This document shows, piece by piece, positions 35,093 to 37,588 of a DNA stretch of 37,588 nt. Where the stretch lies: IMG/VR virus record IMGVR_UViG_3300032280_000155, positions 1 to 37,588 of that record; one strand, given 5' to 3'. The notes beneath the pieces were generated by a model. It did no database searches and was not told the origin of the DNA. It was given only the letters and a program-made list of their open reading frames with translations. The position numbers and the translations under genes are program-made. How positions within the stretch are numbered: position 1 is the stretch's first letter; the number at the start of each line of letters is the position of its first letter. The DNA is from a virus (Duplodnaviria > Caudoviricetes).

Positions 35093-35460
35093 TAGTCACC
35101 TCTTAAAAGTTGCTCAAGTACATTGATTACTCGGTGTTCGGCGGCTTCAAGTTCTTCATCGGTAGACTTATCAGAGGCTGTGTTAATCAGGTCAAACAAA
35201 AGCACATGAAGTAACTCATGTATGACCGTAGCCTCTAATGATTTAGGGGTAATCTGTTCTGCGCCAAAGTCACCTAGTCGATAAGTGCAGAGTCGGGCTG
35301 AGGGGGTAAACTCAACGCTAGCCATTGCGCTTTTTGCTGGCTTAGTACCACGCTCAATACGCCAATCACCAAGCGATAACTTGGCTTGCCACTTTTTTAC
35401 AAAGTCATCAAATAGTTTTGCATCGGCTGGAGTTGGTAAGTTTTTCGTCCGTGCCACCAT
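35092..35460 (-). CDS. HExxH zincin-like protein
   Basis: VIHELLHV with downstream EH. Confidence 0.65.
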   Translation of the reverse strand: MVARTKNLPTPADAKLFDDFVKKWQAKLSLGDWRIERGTKPAKSAMASVEFTPSARLCTYRLGDFGAEQITPKSLEATVIHELLHVLLFDLINTASDKSTDEELEAAEHRVINVLEQLLRGD

Positions 35461-35464
35461 TGGT

Positions 35465-35926
35465 TTATTCCTTCAAATGCAGGCTTGAGGCGTATCGTTG
35501 CAGAGCTTCTGCTTTCTCTGCCAATCGTCTAGCATACGCATCCAATGTGACAAGAGCGCGTCCACATTCATCGGCAATTTGGGCAAAGGGGCCATGATCT
35601 CCGCTGGGGGCGGGGGAATTTCTACTGGCTGCACTGGCAAGGGCGGCTTGGTAGTCGAGCAACCTGTTAGCATTATTGCGAACAAGATCGTCATTAATAG
35701 CTTTTTGGTTGGCATATTCAGACCTTATTTTGTTTACGGTTAAGTTCAGTGCTTTTTCTTTTTTGCGCGCTGCTTCGCTTTGTACAAGTGCGGCTTGTGT
35801 AGCCGCTGTATATACATCCGTCACGGCTTTATCTATGGCTGCTTTTTTGTCAAAGTAGTGCCAAGCATACAAGCTTGCAAAAAATGCTAGCAGAGCAAGC
35901 CATCGAGCAGGGTTAAGCCAAGCCAT
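35465..35926 (-). CDS. Rz: Inner-membrane spanin (Rz-like)
   Basis: N-terminal TM helix plus coiled coil, after the endolysin. Confidence 0.8.
   Translation of the reverse strand: MAWLNPARWLALLAFFASLYAWHYFDKKAAIDKAVTDVYTAATQAALVQSEAARKKEKALNLTVNKIRSEYANQKAINDDLVRNNANRLLDYQAALASAASRNSPAPSGDHGPFAQIADECGRALVTLDAYARRLAEKAEALQRYASSLHLKE
35473..35715 (-). CDS. Rz1: Outer-membrane spanin lipoprotein embedded in Rz
   Basis: Lipobox LTGC, Pro-rich, fully nested in an alternate frame. Confidence 0.85.
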   Translation of the reverse strand: MPTKKLLMTILFAIMLTGCSTTKPPLPVQPVEIPPPPAEIMAPLPKLPMNVDALLSHWMRMLDDWQRKQKLCNDTPQACI

Positions 35927-36377
35927 CGCACATCCTTTTCTCGGCTTCTCGCCGCTTGGTTAGACCGGCCAATACTTTACCGCCCGCTTTATTCCACTTG
36001 AGTAGTTCGAGGCACATTCCAGTGTAATCGCCCGCCTTGGCTTTAACAACAAGGGTTGACCGGCAAGCATTACCCACACCTACATTGAATGCCCACGATG
36101 TCAGCGCGTCCCATTCGTACTGGTGCAGCTTGGTGTTACCCAAACAAGCCCGTAGCCCTTTTTCATGGTCTGCAACATCCTTGGCTAGCAGAATTAAGCC
36201 ACGCTCTACAGTAATCTTATCGCCAGCCTTTACCCCTGCCGTACTGCCAAAACCTATAGTTTGAACTCCTACGCCATCATCGTAAGCATTAGAACGAAAA
36301 CCTTCGTGCAAAGCAAGCCCCACCAAAGCCGAAGCTGATAGAACTAACGATGCAACGGAGGTTCTATTCATCGCCAT
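35913..36377 (-). CDS. Endolysin, GH24 lysozyme, probable SAR type
   Basis: E-x8-D-x5-T catalytic triad after a weakly hydrophobic N-terminus; GLTKRREAE motif. Confidence 0.9.
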   Translation of the reverse strand: MAMNRTSVASLVLSASALVGLALHEGFRSNAYDDGVGVQTIGFGSTAGVKAGDKITVERGLILLAKDVADHEKGLRACLGNTKLHQYEWDALTSWAFNVGVGNACRSTLVVKAKAGDYTGMCLELLKWNKAGGKVLAGLTKRREAEKRMCDGLA

Positions 36378-36573
36378 TTTCTAGCTTTTTCTTGGCTAGT
36401 TTTAGGTGTTGGTGCTTGTAGTAAACGCTTGTCAGATAACCGATAAAGGCAATTGCCAAGCCTCCAAAAGCAGCTATTTCGTTAGCAGTCAAGCCAAAAT
36501 AAACCGCAGCACTAGAACCACCGTATTGAGCAACGGTAGCTGTTTTGACAATAATGGTTTCGTTCATGGTCAT
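36364..36573 (-). CDS. Holin (class II / pinholin-like)
   Basis: Two short TM segments, basic C-terminus, Met-Thr-Met start, upstream of the endolysin. Confidence 0.75.
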   Translation of the reverse strand: MTMNETIIVKTATVAQYGGSSAAVYFGLTANEIAAFGGLAIAFIGYLTSVYYKHQHLKLAKKKLENGDE

Positions 36574-36583
36574 GCCTTAAAAT

Positions 36584-37588
36584 TTAGCGAGTGCGTTCAG
36601 ATCGGTTGTACTGGCCTACAACGCTAGGGGCAACAACAGCTCCTATCGGTGCGGATTGCTGTGACAGCATCCCGCCAAATTGTTTAGCCAATTCAGGCCG
36701 CGAACGCAATAAGGCGTCGATAATTGCTTGCCCACCAGGACTGTATGCGCCTGGTACTGCAACCATTGCAGGAATGGCAACTTGAGGCTGTGAGAACAGT
36801 CCAAAACCACCACCAACCGAAGCTGCAACACGGCCTAAAGTCGTTGCGTTTGTTGGATCACCCAACACTTCAACAGCCGCATCGGATACATCTTGACCCC
36901 TAGCGCTGCCTTGGGCAAACAATGTTTTACGCCGAGTTTTGTCTTGCTGACGCACGGCAGTTGAATATTGTTTTGGCGTAAACACGCCGCTACTTGCGCC
37001 AGAGTTTGCAGCAGCTACGTTAATCACTGCCAAGTCGCCGTATGCGCTATCAACGCGCCTCAGTTTGGACGTCTGTTTGGGATTTTGAGAATACAGCTCT
37101 TTTTTAAGAACACCCAAAACATCTGTCAGGGCATCGCCAATTTCTCTTTCCGAAGCAGTTGCACTGTTTACATAGTTACCCGCTTTTTTGCGTAAATCAG
37201 ACTCAATGCCTTTGTATGTTGGGCCATCAATCTTTTGACCGGCAAACTTTCCAAACACAATGTCGTTTAAAGTTTCAGTAACTTTTTGTCTTTGGTTAGC
37301 ATCTAATGATTTAGCTTTGCTCAAAGAACCAAGAATGTCGCTAGTCGTTTTAAAGTCTAAATCAAAAGACATTTTTGACAGCACATCGTCATACTGAGCG
37401 CTTACCTGATCGGATGCGTAAGAAATTGCATCTCGTCCAATGACATTGGCGGGTAACTTGTCATCTATTTTGCCCAATGCCTTATTGATAACACCTTTAT
37501 TGAAATCAAACAGTACACGCTGGCGAGCGTTTTCAATGCTTGAGCCAATTAAAGGCAAGTTTTGTGCAAATTCTTCAAGCGTTTTAAA
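36584..37588 (-). CDS. Internal virion protein, 3' part of the gene starting at 780
   Basis: In frame across the circular join. Confidence 0.8.
   Translation of the reverse strand, partial: FKTLEEFAQNLPLIGSSIENARQRVLFDFNKGVINKALGKIDDKLPANVIGRDAISYASDQVSAQYDDVLSKMSFDLDFKTTSDILGSLSKAKSLDANQRQKVTETLNDIVFGKFAGQKIDGPTYKGIESDLRKKAGNYVNSATASEREIGDALTDVLGVLKKELYSQNPKQTSKLRRVDSAYGDLAVINVAAANSGASSGVFTPKQYSTAVRQQDKTRRKTLFAQGSARGQDVSDAAVEVLGDPTNATTLGRVAASVGGGFGLFSQPQVAIPAMVAVPGAYSPGGQAIIDALLRSRPELAKQFGGMLSQQSAPIGAVVAPSVVGQYNRSERTR

Noticed and set aside
37466-37588. 123-bp repeat as a biological terminal repeat
   Set aside because: It falls mid-gene with the frame continuing across it, which indicates assembly overlap; the real end is more likely near 23.3 kb
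1-37588. Integrase, CI repressor, tRNA genes or stop-codon recoding
   Set aside because: None recognised; core genes are full length under the standard bacterial code

Overview
The window is a complete, circularly assembled tailed-phage genome of about 37,465 bp; positions 1-123 repeat exactly at 37466-37588. It has a podovirus-type morphogenesis operon on the minus strand: TerS, TerL, portal, fibre genes, scaffold, major capsid, adaptor, nozzle, tail fibre and three ejection proteins. That operon runs across the origin into a holin / SAR-type endolysin / Rz-Rz1 lysis cassette. A lambdoid-style early region carries a Cro-like regulator, an O-like replication initiator, NinG, ERF, an SSB-like protein, Gp157 and DUF551. 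I found no integrase, CI repressor, DNA polymerase, tRNA or CRISPR array. Spanins show a Gram-negative host; a betaproteobacterium is my inference. The strongest unusual signals are: (1) a full enhancer-dependent promoter layout (three NtrC-like boxes, an exact IHF consensus, sigma54 -24/-12 elements) ahead of a small cassette-like early operon next to the probable packaging site; (2) an HNH endonuclease inserted into a fibre-chaperone gene, supplying a recoded replacement C-terminus while capturing the original one; (3) several unannotated structured RNA candidates; (4) a duplicated collagen-anchor fibre module carrying a 1649-aa protein. All family calls come from motif recognition by eye, not database searches.
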